Virus record (IMG/VR): IMGVR_UViG_3300025009_000004
Coordinates: 32,001-96,000 of that record
Reading direction: 5' to 3' (one strand)
Length of the DNA: 64,000 nt
DNA from: a virus
How positions within the stretch are numbered: position 1 is the stretch's first letter; each line of letters starts with the position of its first letter. The position numbers were made by a program, and so were the translations under genes. Positions 46,001 to 55,998 of the stretch are shown here, in pieces. Under the pieces are notes generated by a model, which saw only the letters and a program-made list of their open reading frames with translations, did no database searches and was not told the origin of the DNA.

Positions 46001-49000
46001 GGAGTCTAAAGTATATTCTTTCGCTGTATTTAACGTAGCGCCAATAAATAACTTAAGGCCATCATATAAGTTTCTGCTTACTTTTGCCGGATTAATCCAT
46101 GATAATTTTATATCTCTACCGAATGCCCATGTTAACCCTGTAGGTAAATCAGCGGAAGAAGGCCCAACTGTATCTTTCTTAAATCTAACTACTTGTTCAA
46201 TGCTATTCTCTGCATTATCAAACGCTCTTATCTTAACTTCAAATTCTTTATATACACCATCAACCGTATCAGCGCCAAGCATCGCATTTGTTATATTAAT
46301 TGGCGATCCTGTTGCAGTAGTCCATGTTATTCCGTTATTATAATTATACTCAACTCTATTGATTCCAGAGTTAGCGTCTTTTTCATACGCTCTATAATAA
46401 ATATCGATTCCATTGGTTAATATCTTTTTGTTGATATAACCATTCTTATTTATGGCAATTGTATTATCTTCTTTATACCATATCTTCTGTATATCAAGAT
46501 TCGGCGTTGCTGTATCTATTTTACAGTAACGAGAAGCCGTGGTTGCGATAAGACTTCCTTCTGTTCCATCAGGTCTATATTGAACGGCCTTAACTTGAAA
46601 CAATACCTTATCCGAAGGGAAAGAATACGCTTGTTTAAATCCAGCAGGAATGAGCATAGATACGTTTGTTGTTTCTTTATCGAATCTTGTTTCGGTAGCA
46701 AGAACATATGGCCCTCCACTTGTAGAGATATACCATCTTATTCTGTCTACATATATGCCTTTAGTAAATTCATTTTGTATCGTAAATTGCATTGATCTGG
46801 TATTATAAACGTCTATTAACTGACTATCATTAATCGGAGTTTCGCTAAAGCTATTAAGTTCAACAGGGAGAGACCTTATTACGGTTGCGCCAGTAATACT
46901 TGCTTGTGGCAATATGGCTAAAGTTGACGCAGGGGCATTGCTAAATATTTGAGAGGCAACGCCAGGAACATCATGAAAGTCTACCGCAACGACCATAAAA
47001 TAATATTGTGTTGCATAATTTAAAACAGTCCCTGTTTCATCTTTTTCTATTACGGCGCTATTCGTCGGACCAACCCAAGCCCTATATGCTATATTAACTG
47101 TGGCTAAATTTGCAGGGTCAGTAGACATAAATAACCAAAATTCTTTAAACTGTCTTTGTAAATCAGCAGTTCCATAACTCATTGTCCAATTAAGACGCAT
47201 TACTTTACCATCGAGTTTAGCAGAGCTATAAGTTGGAGAGCCAACTACCGTAGGCGCGGGAAGCTGCTGCAAAACGGATGCAGTTCCAACTGCTGATTCT
47301 TGCGAGTATACTATTTTAGACAAAGTAGTCGATGCATATTTATAATCAACAAAAAAATCACCAACGGCTCTTATTAAAAAGAAATAAGCAATGGGAGATG
47401 ACGGACTAGGATCAATATCGGATGGTAATTGCCAGATATAACTTTGAGCATCTTTGCCGAGTCTTATTGTGTCATTTAATCTTTCTGCACTATCCCATAT
47501 GGCCCTTCTATCTGTAATGTTTGTCGGAGTATTACCTATGATTAAAAGCAAAGCATCATATTGTGCTTGTGATATTTTTTTAATTTCATATCCTGTTAAA
47601 AATGCATCTGTATTTTTTGTCCACTTACAATCAATCTGATGCCTTATTGGGTCATATGTCGTGGTGAACCCTTGTACATCTGCTGGTTTAGGATTAATTA
47701 ATAAAGTCTCGCTTGCAATCCTTGCCCTTCTAACGCCAGCATTTGTTGCGTTGTAAACCGACCCTATTTCAATAGAATAATTGTGTGTTGTCTCCCAAGC
47801 ATCTATGTTGAGAAAGTCCTTTGCATCTTGTTCTTTAAAATCTTGTAATGTAATAGTATATGTTTTTATTGTGTTAGCAAAGTCTTTTTGAAATAATATC
47901 CTTTTTTCCCCATGGTTTTCTCTAAAGGCTAAATATGTTCCATGATAGCCGCCCGCATATGTCCAATCAACTTGAACAGGAAAATTACTTCCTGTCTGAG
48001 TTAGTGTAATTTCACTACTGTCAACAATTAAAGCCGCTAATACTGGATAAGTCCAAGTAGCTGCTGATGAGTTTTCTGCTGTACTATTGTCATATGCATA
48101 GATTTCGTAACCATAGTACTTATTCGCCACTGTTCCATCAATATATGACCATGAAACCATATCTGGAGCCGCAGACGCATCTAAATCAGTTAATAAAGTT
48201 CTCGTACCATCGACATATTGATCTGATGAACTGTTATATTCAGAACGATATATTTTAAATCCTTTTAACCCATTATTGCCATATCTTAACGGAACGCTCC
48301 AGTTCAATTGAAGAATATAATTAGTTGAGTCGCTTATATTAACTGCATAGAAGTTCTCTGGTTTTTCTGGAGCTACAAAATCGCCGGCAATAAACTGTAT
48401 TGATGTAGACCAATCAGAGACATTGCCCGAATTTCTTTGCGCTCTAACCTGGACTTCATAAAATGTTCCCCTTATTAAATTAAGCATCGGAATATAATAA
48501 TATCCACTGGTTAGCGCAGTTCCTGCCAAAACATTAGGTTGCTTTGACCAAATAACTGTACTTTTCTCTTTATATTGTATTTCAAACATTCTAAAATCAT
48601 CATCATCATGTTGTTTGATTTTTAGTATAGCGTTACAATTGTCTCCGTTTGAGGCGGTATCAATTGAAGAAGTAAGGACAACAATTTCATCTAAACCAGT
48701 GATAGGATCAACGCCAACGGGTGGAGTGTATGGAGTTACATTATCTGATGTTGATACGATTATAGGATCGCTCCATGTCTGCTGTCTATTCGCCATGTTC
48801 TTAAGTAATATTTTATAACGAACGACTTCATCTTTAGGAACGTCTCTATCAATAAATTTATTTGTTATCTGTAAGTCAATACTATCGATATGTTCATCGT
48901 CTTCGAATGTACCACTGTTATCTTTATCACGATATATATCAGCAATAACCTGGCCCGTTACATCATGGCCAAGTTTGTCTTTTCCTGAGAATATAATCGT

Positions 49001-49234
49001 CATTTCAACTAACGGCTTGCCGGCTTCAAATCTCGTTACCCATTGTATTTGAGGCATAGCGGGCGGTATGTTAGAATCAAATGAATTATTGAGTTGAGAC
49101 ACATATAGTGGCTCAATGCCATCCTGCATCGTGGTAGCAACAGATTGAGTGTTAACATCATTTACTTGTGTTTTCTGTTCTATCTGTCTATTAATTTGTT
49201 CAGGTAGATTTGTATAAAGATTTCTTGTTTCCAT
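42980..49234 (-). CDS. tail tip / central fibre (host-specificity) protein with FN3 repeats and C-terminal intramolecular chaperone (peptidase S74-like)
   Basis: FN3-like APEKP...LNWSVP...FKIYR; beta-helical C-half; SSIRYKDII...GFIAED...LKYDR then coiled coil. Confidence 0.85.
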   Translation of the reverse strand: METRNLYTNLPEQINRQIEQKTQVNDVNTQSVATTMQDGIEPLYVSQLNNSFDSNIPPAMPQIQWVTRFEAGKPLVEMTIIFSGKDKLGHDVTGQVIADIYRDKDNSGTFEDDEHIDSIDLQITNKFIDRDVPKDEVVRYKILLKNMANRQQTWSDPIIVSTSDNVTPYTPPVGVDPITGLDEIVVLTSSIDTASNGDNCNAILKIKQHDDDDFRMFEIQYKEKSTVIWSKQPNVLAGTALTSGYYYIPMLNLIRGTFYEVQVRAQRNSGNVSDWSTSIQFIAGDFVAPEKPENFYAVNISDSTNYILQLNWSVPLRYGNNGLKGFKIYRSEYNSSSDQYVDGTRTLLTDLDASAAPDMVSWSYIDGTVANKYYGYEIYAYDNSTAENSSAATWTYPVLAALIVDSSEITLTQTGSNFPVQVDWTYAGGYHGTYLAFRENHGEKRILFQKDFANTIKTYTITLQDFKEQDAKDFLNIDAWETTHNYSIEIGSVYNATNAGVRRARIASETLLINPKPADVQGFTTTYDPIRHQIDCKWTKNTDAFLTGYEIKKISQAQYDALLLIIGNTPTNITDRRAIWDSAERLNDTIRLGKDAQSYIWQLPSDIDPSPSSPIAYFFLIRAVGDFFVDYKYASTTLSKIVYSQESAVGTASVLQQLPAPTVVGSPTYSSAKLDGKVMRLNWTMSYGTADLQRQFKEFWLFMSTDPANLATVNIAYRAWVGPTNSAVIEKDETGTVLNYATQYYFMVVAVDFHDVPGVASQIFSNAPASTLAILPQASITGATVIRSLPVELNSFSETPINDSQLIDVYNTRSMQFTIQNEFTKGIYVDRIRWYISTSGGPYVLATETRFDKETTNVSMLIPAGFKQAYSFPSDKVLFQVKAVQYRPDGTEGSLIATTASRYCKIDTATPNLDIQKIWYKEDNTIAINKNGYINKKILTNGIDIYYRAYEKDANSGINRVEYNYNNGITWTTATGSPINITNAMLGADTVDGVYKEFEVKIRAFDNAENSIEQVVRFKKDTVGPSSADLPTGLTWAFGRDIKLSWINPAKVSRNLYDGLKLFIGATLNTAKEYTLDSNPFIFKPTASPVQLYLAAYDIADNLTYLNEAGAVQVNPYLITITNTPPAAPANLRLNSMVGGAEVFWDAVTLDTSTPPRVEEVEKYWIQYAIAETEPAIGSGDWKFPGWSNPDPNNPKLYETFTTKINISLSATEMDLFTANTALKLWVRVDATDYWGARSVPSVANNVVPKNVTAVDMGNNIFKFKLSSDLTLTPYVGAVQTGSTEHILDANYLDNEFVTFTIASTTNNYVKIDLNKVEWISDIKLKFKHTTSNVRFVIKLEEITSTGTQDVWLQCLNSGDHTFNNAGDIVTSATKPDADRYFEYSTTGSGVADMALLHYENFSTGKAILAKSVAIYFYSPDSTVVNLVEFQPVITSIANIFYGSEINLDFLLSIRSKADASNYCYLTKSGLQIYQSNVNTFSATTTGVSIRNAVGNGRVEINSTAFNVFDASNVKKVELGYLDNATYGLWAKDNIYLGGTTCALSNLVVTPTAINLGYRTTNIYDTQISSGSITMCYSAAYSSHQFYLNSNYLLFRDATTAARQVMISGQSYLDGIGIGYVTYGGSKYYFDTIIQSGAVYLGYHAGYAEYHQSYNVKINATGVYLGHSGNVVSDVAHYRARILASGDIGLGIYVINGATTVYNTVLNGTDIKIGCVDYTNLYYNTKLTSSAIYLGHVSSGTTYKLSLTASEIAMLGYDNTAFFKVGQYQINNNNVNTIWAKRLLLCNASTDNPLTTDSENSKAVIVCTDAYSALLVTNTYSSAASSAIEGRTIYGVGGVVGGSYTQSNPTDENAGIPGVWGAGNTYSTGVKGTSTQWYAGHFASVSNHGIFATSSASGKYAVYGKNTTSGGNGIIGHITSGTGSATVGICESATGTAGYFSSLGAAIFAYGTVQFQNLSAAGTGTDLVIDANGFVKLKSSSIRYKDIISTIEDFSMDKFNCLTPYAYRFKQSGDYDIGFIAEDILNVFPSLVNFNNNGQPESLKYDRFSVYNVLATQQHESRIKILENMIIELKNKIDTLIKTE

Positions 49235-49241
49235 CTTAACC

Positions 49242-52200
49242 TCAATCTTTCAAATAAAATATTGCACTCGTTCTGGGGCTACCAGCGGGATCGGTATATT
49301 CGTCGGGAACGTCTGCGCCAGTGCCAAACTCAACGCTATCAATGCCAAGGTATTCTTTAACAGGGTTATTGGTGCCATATGGCATTGCTACATATTCCAA
49401 TAGAGCGATTGGAGCTTCTGTATCTAAACACCTTAATTCTACACCAACTGCCTGTATAATGTCAACATCTGATAAATTAGCAGTTCGGCTAAGAACGACC
49501 GAACAAGTCTTCCATAAGTCTCTTGTCTCATCTATCGTTAATTTAAAATACTTTATTTTACATTCTCTGGTCTCTGTATTATCGCGATATTCTATAAACA
49601 AGTACGGGTTCCATATCTGATTGAGAGTAACACCAGATATTTCTTTGCCACCGCTTCCCTTAGTCGATAAAGTAAACATTCTAAAATAGTAGTTATCTAT
49701 TTCTGTCGATATCTTAACTGTTTGTTCTAAGGCATGTTTAAGCAAGGCCGGCGCAGAAAGTTTCTTGTCGCTTTTATCCCATGCTGTTACTTTATTGCTC
49801 TTCCAGAAGGCAAATTGAATATAGCCATCAGTGCCAGTTTGACCGCCAGTTGGTTGCTCAATATAATTAACCTTAGTAACATTGGTTGTCGTTGTGTTGC
49901 CACCATTGCGAAATGGATGCCAAGGACCATTTTGCAGATTTTGATTGGCACTTATTGATGGGTCGTTTGGCTCTCCCTTGCCTTGTCCTACAATGCTCCA
50001 TTTATTTATTGTCCACATCGGGTTATTGGCGAAGAAGTTGCCATATTCGATCTGAATGGGCTTCATTGAGCCATCAATCAAGTTCGTTGCAGCACCGTCT
50101 ACAATGACCTCAACGCCTTCGCCATAAATATCAAATACATTTAATATCGTCATTTTATATCCAGTGCCAGTTGCCGATGAGCCGGCGGTTACAGTCTTTC
50201 CCTGGCTATCAGTAAAGTCCCATTGTATAATTTGATTTAATCCTATCGGCACAACCCAACGCCTTGCTGTTTCAGTATTAGTCGTTGTGGTATTCATTAA
50301 ATTAACATTGCCGCCATCTGCCGTTGATACATAAGCATCAAAATAAACAGCGTCATTAATGTCTTGATACGCACCGGCATCTGTCTTAATCTGTATAGGA
50401 AGGCTTACCGGCTGATATGAAGCCAAATAACTTGTTGCAGGGATGGGGGCTTTCCATTTAAGTTTATACACATGGCAATTGGTCTTAATAGCAATAGTTT
50501 TACGCTCTGTTGCAATTATGCTTGTATTGCCAGAGAAGCCATTTAATACAGGCTTAATAATAAGCGAAGCATCATATTGTGTTGCTGTCTTAATCCATCC
50601 CGCTGATGTTGCGTTTGCTACATTGCGGCTATCTGGATATCCTGCTTTTATATCTTGGTCAAACTGCCACCAGTAGAAGTTATACTTAGCGTCTTCCCAG
50701 CCCGTAGTAGCGCCGATATGAAACATCCTGTTATACATATAATTGAAGCTATCGTTTGGCATTAAATATATCTTATTAACGCTTTCTGGCCATACTTTAG
50801 CAAAGTTAATTCCACCGTCCCAGCGTATGCCATTCTCTCTTTTATAAACGCCAGCGTCTAATATCTTTTCTTCCATAACATAGGCAAGAGTGTGTTTGCG
50901 ATGTAGTACGCCAACAACGATCTGAACCTTTTGCTGTCTGGTTAACGCGAAGTTAAAAGTTAAATATTCATCGGGAGGTTGGAAATCTGCACATACCTCA
51001 TTAGCAGTTACAACAGCATCTATTAAATGCACGGCGGCTAATGTGTAGTTCTTTGCGCGGGTGCATACTATTGCGCCACGGTATTTGCCAGAAGGAACAT
51101 CCAGAGTTACAGTACAACTTGAAACTAATATATACTCAGTATCAACTTGTATTAAAGTATTCGCTGCAATAGTAAATGTTTCATCGCAGTAAACCGTAAA
51201 AGTTGTATCTATCGCTGCAATCGCAGTTAGCAGTCTAATAGGCGTTCTTTCAACATATGCAGTCTCAGCAATTTCTGTATTGCTACTTACTTGTTTCCTT
51301 GTAATAGAAAAGCCATATGCTTTATTAGCAAGGAATTGTGTTGCAGGAACCGGAGGTTTGATATAAGATTGCATCGGGGGCAAAGCAACAACTGTTAATG
51401 TATCAGTTGAACTTATTCTGCTTATCTCAGTGCTGATGCCAGTAATCCATAAGCGCGTGTCATTAAATGCACCAACTTCGGGGGCCGCTACAACGCCACA
51501 ATCTCCGATTTCAATATAAGGGTTGCTCAAACTGGATATCGAGAATTGTTTAATATTACGTCTATGCATTTCTAATTGTGTGAGTGATATCCAATCTGAG
51601 GTTGCTTTATCAGATATATTTTTCTTAACAACTATCGTTTCTTTTTTATGTCCAACAAAATTATATGCAGGATCGTATTCGTAACACTCAATTTCAGATA
51701 TATATAGGTCAGTAGCACAATATAACTCAATTGTGCTTTGAGTATAGAGCGCCGGCAGTTTAAACATAATACCACCAGATGTTAAATCATTAGCAGTTAC
51801 GGTATGTGATACAATATGAGTTGTCGCATCCTTTAAGGATACAATAGCACCTAAAGGAGTTGTTTGTGGCTTTAAATAAACAAACATTAAATTAAGATTG
51901 CTCGTTAATAATTCTATAATCGCAGGGGCGCTTGTTTTTAATAACGCATATTTGTCATATCTTCCGTCCATAAGTACATGTCCGGTTGAAAAGGTTATAG
52001 TGCCATCAGAGCCGCCCTTAATGGCGTTGTTGCCATTATATATGGATGTAGTGTCAATTGACCTTGATATGATAGGCTGTGGGCTTTCTGGAAGTCCTAT
52101 GATGGTCATTTGATTCCTTACTTCAGCAGATGAATTAACTGCCGATGATACAATCGCATTTAAAGTGTTATCGCAAGTAAATGATATGACTTCATCATTA

Positions 52201-53849
52201 TTGTCTAAATAAAGAAGTCCATTAAAATAAGGAGCTGTAGTTGGCAATGGCGCTACCATTACAACGCCATAAGTATCAGGAACAAATGCCGTATCAGCGT
52301 TTGTAGCCCTATATATTTCTGCTTCATAGTATTGATATTTCTTCAACGCAGGGATTGTAATCGTTGCGCCAACATTTGTCCATGTACCACCGTCTGATTT
52401 CTTTAACTGAATAGTCGCACTATCTGTATTTGACGTATTTGCTATAAATCTTACTCTAAGATTGCGGATGCTTGCTGCGGTTGGTATTGTTCCAACGGTT
52501 AAATCAAATGTATATCTATGCGTTGACAGCGCCTTAATATTCCATGCTGTCCATGACCATACATGATTCTCAATTATTTCACTATTTTGGCTTTCTTCTG
52601 TTCCATTTGATGGGGCGAGCCAGGTGTATTGACGAACCGCTTTGATTGTAAGTACGCCCTGCTCATTAAAGAACACCTTAAAGCCAAAGCCTTCCGTCAA
52701 TGTTAATATTGCATCCCATAATGATTGACCAAATTCTAATTTAAACTTAGCGTCATTAAGCATATCTTCATCTATGCCGGCATATACTTTCTTTTCTATA
52801 ACAGGAGCGTAGCCAGTAGTGCCATCGCCAGTATATGAATCCCTGTCCATTTTTGGGGCCACACCAGAGTTAGCCTGTAATAATCTTTCAAATATAGATT
52901 TAGATTGCATATACGGATATTTATCTGCTCTACCGAGTCTTATCGTAGCAAAATCATTATATGCTATTGAAAGCAGATTAAGAGGAAATTTAGATTTAAT
53001 ACATAAATCTCTTATTGCATAATCTAAACGCCAGTTATCATAAGCAGGAACATATTTATTTAAGAGGCTATCGTTATAAACGTCATCAGGCATTACTAAA
53101 TATTCATCGCCTAAATAGACTTTATTTGCAGGGGATATCGCATGTGTAGATACGCCAGATAATCTCTGAACAGTTAATTTAGCCTCTGCTATCGTAACAT
53201 TAAGAACTAACATTACCTCAGAGTCTATTTTAATCTTAGAGCCTACGCTAAATAAAGTGGCATCGCTTACATAAATAAACTGGTCAGTTGCGCTTATAGG
53301 CGCCGTTATAGTTGCAGTTGAATCGGTCCATGGCAAATCTCTATATGAATTGATATCTGGATAATTATAATTAAGCACATTCATGAAGATAACAGAGAAA
53401 TCAACGCCATTAACTTCCATAATGCCATCATCGTTCGGAACTATACTTTCAATAATACCCGTAAACCTTAACTTAACATGCTCTGTATAAGGTGACGTAA
53501 AATCACAATAGCCAGAATAAGCTCTAATTAAAAATCCCTTTGATAATTTAGAGCCATCTGTGCCTGTGTAAATTCCAGTATCATAATCATATTCAAGTGC
53601 GCCACCGGCATTTCTAAATAATTCAATCGGAAGAGATGCTGATATAGTTTTAGATTGACCTTGTTGAAAATTTAAATTAAGCGTAGAGCAATCAATACGA
53701 TTCCATACGGCAGTTGTGGGGTCAGCTTGCCATTCATATATACTGCCTTCATAAATCTCTATGTAATATGCTGGCCTTGCTGTTTTAGCGTAATTAGCGT
53801 CATTAAGGGCTAAGACTGTATTTACTAAGGTTTTATCTTTAGTTTGCAC
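49242..53849 (-). CDS. baseplate hub / Tal-like tail protein
   Basis: FTGIIE...VNGVDF, FFNEQGVL, NPYIEIGD; position after the distal tail genes. Confidence 0.7.
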   Translation of the reverse strand: MQTKDKTLVNTVLALNDANYAKTARPAYYIEIYEGSIYEWQADPTTAVWNRIDCSTLNLNFQQGQSKTISASLPIELFRNAGGALEYDYDTGIYTGTDGSKLSKGFLIRAYSGYCDFTSPYTEHVKLRFTGIIESIVPNDDGIMEVNGVDFSVIFMNVLNYNYPDINSYRDLPWTDSTATITAPISATDQFIYVSDATLFSVGSKIKIDSEVMLVLNVTIAEAKLTVQRLSGVSTHAISPANKVYLGDEYLVMPDDVYNDSLLNKYVPAYDNWRLDYAIRDLCIKSKFPLNLLSIAYNDFATIRLGRADKYPYMQSKSIFERLLQANSGVAPKMDRDSYTGDGTTGYAPVIEKKVYAGIDEDMLNDAKFKLEFGQSLWDAILTLTEGFGFKVFFNEQGVLTIKAVRQYTWLAPSNGTEESQNSEIIENHVWSWTAWNIKALSTHRYTFDLTVGTIPTAASIRNLRVRFIANTSNTDSATIQLKKSDGGTWTNVGATITIPALKKYQYYEAEIYRATNADTAFVPDTYGVVMVAPLPTTAPYFNGLLYLDNNDEVISFTCDNTLNAIVSSAVNSSAEVRNQMTIIGLPESPQPIISRSIDTTSIYNGNNAIKGGSDGTITFSTGHVLMDGRYDKYALLKTSAPAIIELLTSNLNLMFVYLKPQTTPLGAIVSLKDATTHIVSHTVTANDLTSGGIMFKLPALYTQSTIELYCATDLYISEIECYEYDPAYNFVGHKKETIVVKKNISDKATSDWISLTQLEMHRRNIKQFSISSLSNPYIEIGDCGVVAAPEVGAFNDTRLWITGISTEISRISSTDTLTVVALPPMQSYIKPPVPATQFLANKAYGFSITRKQVSSNTEIAETAYVERTPIRLLTAIAAIDTTFTVYCDETFTIAANTLIQVDTEYILVSSCTVTLDVPSGKYRGAIVCTRAKNYTLAAVHLIDAVVTANEVCADFQPPDEYLTFNFALTRQQKVQIVVGVLHRKHTLAYVMEEKILDAGVYKRENGIRWDGGINFAKVWPESVNKIYLMPNDSFNYMYNRMFHIGATTGWEDAKYNFYWWQFDQDIKAGYPDSRNVANATSAGWIKTATQYDASLIIKPVLNGFSGNTSIIATERKTIAIKTNCHVYKLKWKAPIPATSYLASYQPVSLPIQIKTDAGAYQDINDAVYFDAYVSTADGGNVNLMNTTTTNTETARRWVVPIGLNQIIQWDFTDSQGKTVTAGSSATGTGYKMTILNVFDIYGEGVEVIVDGAATNLIDGSMKPIQIEYGNFFANNPMWTINKWSIVGQGKGEPNDPSISANQNLQNGPWHPFRNGGNTTTTNVTKVNYIEQPTGGQTGTDGYIQFAFWKSNKVTAWDKSDKKLSAPALLKHALEQTVKISTEIDNYYFRMFTLSTKGSGGKEISGVTLNQIWNPYLFIEYRDNTETRECKIKYFKLTIDETRDLWKTCSVVLSRTANLSDVDIIQAVGVELRCLDTEAPIALLEYVAMPYGTNNPVKEYLGIDSVEFGTGADVPDEYTDPAGSPRTSAIFYLKD

Positions 53850-54226
53850 TATGCCACCATCCTGAACGAAATCATTATTGACCGTATCACTTCGCTATTA
53901 TTTATCGTCTTTAAATTATTAATTGCTCTATTCGTGATCTGAATATTAAACTGTTGCCCTACAATTCCATCGACAAGTATAATCGTTTTATGCATTGGAA
54001 CTGAGGCTAAATCTTCATATAAAGCAGATGTAACTAATGGCCAATCCATTGTATAGGTAGGATAAATCTCAAAATGAGACAAAGAATCAGCAGTGTTCCG
54101 ATTCATTGGCACTTTGATTACGTTATATTTCTTTCTCATGGCGTTATTGGTGATTATATAATCAACCGTTTTTGGGCCATAAGCAAGCGTATATGTAGTT
54201 ACACCATCAATAAAACTCCAAGCCAT
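53849..54226 (-). CDS. putative distal tail protein
   Basis: position and size; beta-rich. Confidence 0.55.
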   Translation of the reverse strand: MAWSFIDGVTTYTLAYGPKTVDYIITNNAMRKKYNVIKVPMNRNTADSLSHFEIYPTYTMDWPLVTSALYEDLASVPMHKTIILVDGIVGQQFNIQITNRAINNLKTINNSEVIRSIMISFRMVA

Positions 54227-54236
54227 AGTTTATCCT

Positions 54237-54647
54237 TTAATCGTGGCAATTAACCACAAGAGTACATCTATATCCGCGTTTATCACCTTTAAACACCATG
54301 CCTTCGTGTAGTTCGAATATACAATCAGATACTTGACCTGAATAACTTGTCCATGTGGGCGTAGGCGTGGCTGTTAAATCTTCACCATACATTGTATCAA
54401 ATTCAATTGTATCACCATCAAAACCAAGTGTTTCAAGTGTATTGAATGTCGCTGTGTCTTCAATTAATAAATCCCACACCCATTGTTGCTCTCTATTGAT
54501 AACACGAGAACCATTGTAATAAACGCCAGGAAGCACGATAGCCTTGCCTCTTGAGGGTTTAAATTCACCGTCTTGAGGCAAGGTCTCATTTATATTTGAT
54601 GGCCCTAAAGCCAGTTGTACATTATTAATCTTAAATTTAGCTGCCAT
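54237..54647 (-). CDS. putative distal tail protein
   Basis: first tail gene after the TMP and TnpB; beta-rich. Confidence 0.55.
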   Translation of the reverse strand: MAAKFKINNVQLALGPSNINETLPQDGEFKPSRGKAIVLPGVYYNGSRVINREQQWVWDLLIEDTATFNTLETLGFDGDTIEFDTMYGEDLTATPTPTWTSYSGQVSDCIFELHEGMVFKGDKRGYRCTLVVNCHD

Positions 54648-54800
54648 ACTACCTCTTGTTTAATTATTTTGGTAATTCCTTCTTCAACCTGTCCGACCTC
54701 GATTGCTCTACTATCGTTTGTATAACAGTCCAAAGGCGCAAATTCCCGTGTAGCCCACGGTATATATATAAGCAATATTTATGTTACTATCTTATATTTT
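54625..54800 (-). ncRNA. putative TnpB omegaRNA
   Basis: shares GGGAATTT.CGCCTTTGGACTGTTATA and GGACAGGTTGAAGAAGGAATTA with 7115-7205; covarying hairpins; ends approximate. Confidence 0.65.
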
Positions 54801-55924
54801 ATTGCTTGTTTAAGATTTAATGATGCATTTAAATCTCTATTAATAGTTAAACCACAATCGCACTTATAAACTCTATCTGATAGTTTTAAATCTTTCTTTA
54901 TTTTACCACATTTGCTACACATTTTACTTGAAGGATAAAACGTATCGACTTGTCTTAATTCTATAGAGTTTTCAATGCATTTGAATTTTAACTTCTGTAT
55001 GAAACTATAAAATCCTTGTTTAGATATTGCTTTTGATAGATGTCTGTTCTTCATCATTCCCCTAATATTAAGATTTTCTATCGTTATATACTTTGGCTTG
55101 GTTTTCGCTAAAGTATTTGCTATTTGGTTCCGATGGTCTTCTCTTATATTAGACAATCTTAAATACAATCTTTGGACTTTAATAGATTGTTTATATTGAT
55201 TCTTTCCAACCGCGTCTCCTTTCTTTTTATTCTTAAATTTGCGAGACAACTTTCTTTGTTCTCTTTTTAATTTTTTTTCTATTTTGCTTATTTTAGTTGT
55301 TTTATTAATATTTTTAAATATCTGGCCATTAGAGGCAATTGCAAAATATTTTATCCCCAAATCAACTCCAATGCCATCGTTATAATTATTCTTCTTAATT
55401 TCTAAAGACTCTTCCGTGTTAACAGCCATATAAAATCTCCCCGCTCTTTCTATAATATGGCCACTAGTTATTTTACAAGATAAAGGGATATATCCAAATT
55501 CTTTTATTTTAACCCAACCCAAGACTGGAATCTTTATTCTTTTTTCTTTTATTCCAATAACATGTTTACTGTTTGAACGAACAAAATACATGGATATATT
55601 GTTATCTTTCTTTTTTTTGAATCGAGGGAATTTATTTTGCCCACGGAAAAATCTTTTATATGCCTGTTCTGCATTAGAAATACTTTGCCTTGTTGCCTTC
55701 GTCGAAGACTCTTTAATCCAATTGAGGCTGGGATTGTTAGGCAAATAAAAATTGTTGAGCCATTTTGAAAAAGATATTGCATTTAAAAATGGGATTCCAT
55801 GCAAATATCTTTCTTTATTCTCTTTAATAAATAAATTATAAGTGTACCTACATGTTCCAACTGATTTTCGAAACATTATAATTTGTTTATTTGTTAACTG
55901 TATTTCTATTTTATATGATTTCAT
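54779..55924 (-). CDS. tnpB: TnpB RNA-guided endonuclease (IS605/IS607 OrfB family)
   Basis: GVDLG, ITIENLN, CSKC...CDC, NRDLNASLNL; paralogue of 5956-7098. Confidence 0.92.
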   Translation of the reverse strand: MKSYKIEIQLTNKQIIMFRKSVGTCRYTYNLFIKENKERYLHGIPFLNAISFSKWLNNFYLPNNPSLNWIKESSTKATRQSISNAEQAYKRFFRGQNKFPRFKKKKDNNISMYFVRSNSKHVIGIKEKRIKIPVLGWVKIKEFGYIPLSCKITSGHIIERAGRFYMAVNTEESLEIKKNNYNDGIGVDLGIKYFAIASNGQIFKNINKTTKISKIEKKLKREQRKLSRKFKNKKKGDAVGKNQYKQSIKVQRLYLRLSNIREDHRNQIANTLAKTKPKYITIENLNIRGMMKNRHLSKAISKQGFYSFIQKLKFKCIENSIELRQVDTFYPSSKMCSKCGKIKKDLKLSDRVYKCDCGLTINRDLNASLNLKQAIKYKIVT

Positions 55925-55961
55925 TAACTATCCTCAAACTATTTTTAGCCCTCATGATTAT

Positions 55962-55989
55962 ATTATAACATATAGAAGAGAATTATCAA
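55962..55989 (-). promoter_or_regulatory. promoter upstream of the third tnpB
   Basis: minus strand TTGATA-16 nt-TATAAT with extended -10 TG. Confidence 0.55.
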
Positions 55990-55998
55990 ACATTATTT

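Noticed and set aside
37222-49234. Diversity-generating retroelement targeting fibre genes
   Set aside because: No reverse transcriptase and no TR/VR pair differing at adenines were seen in the window
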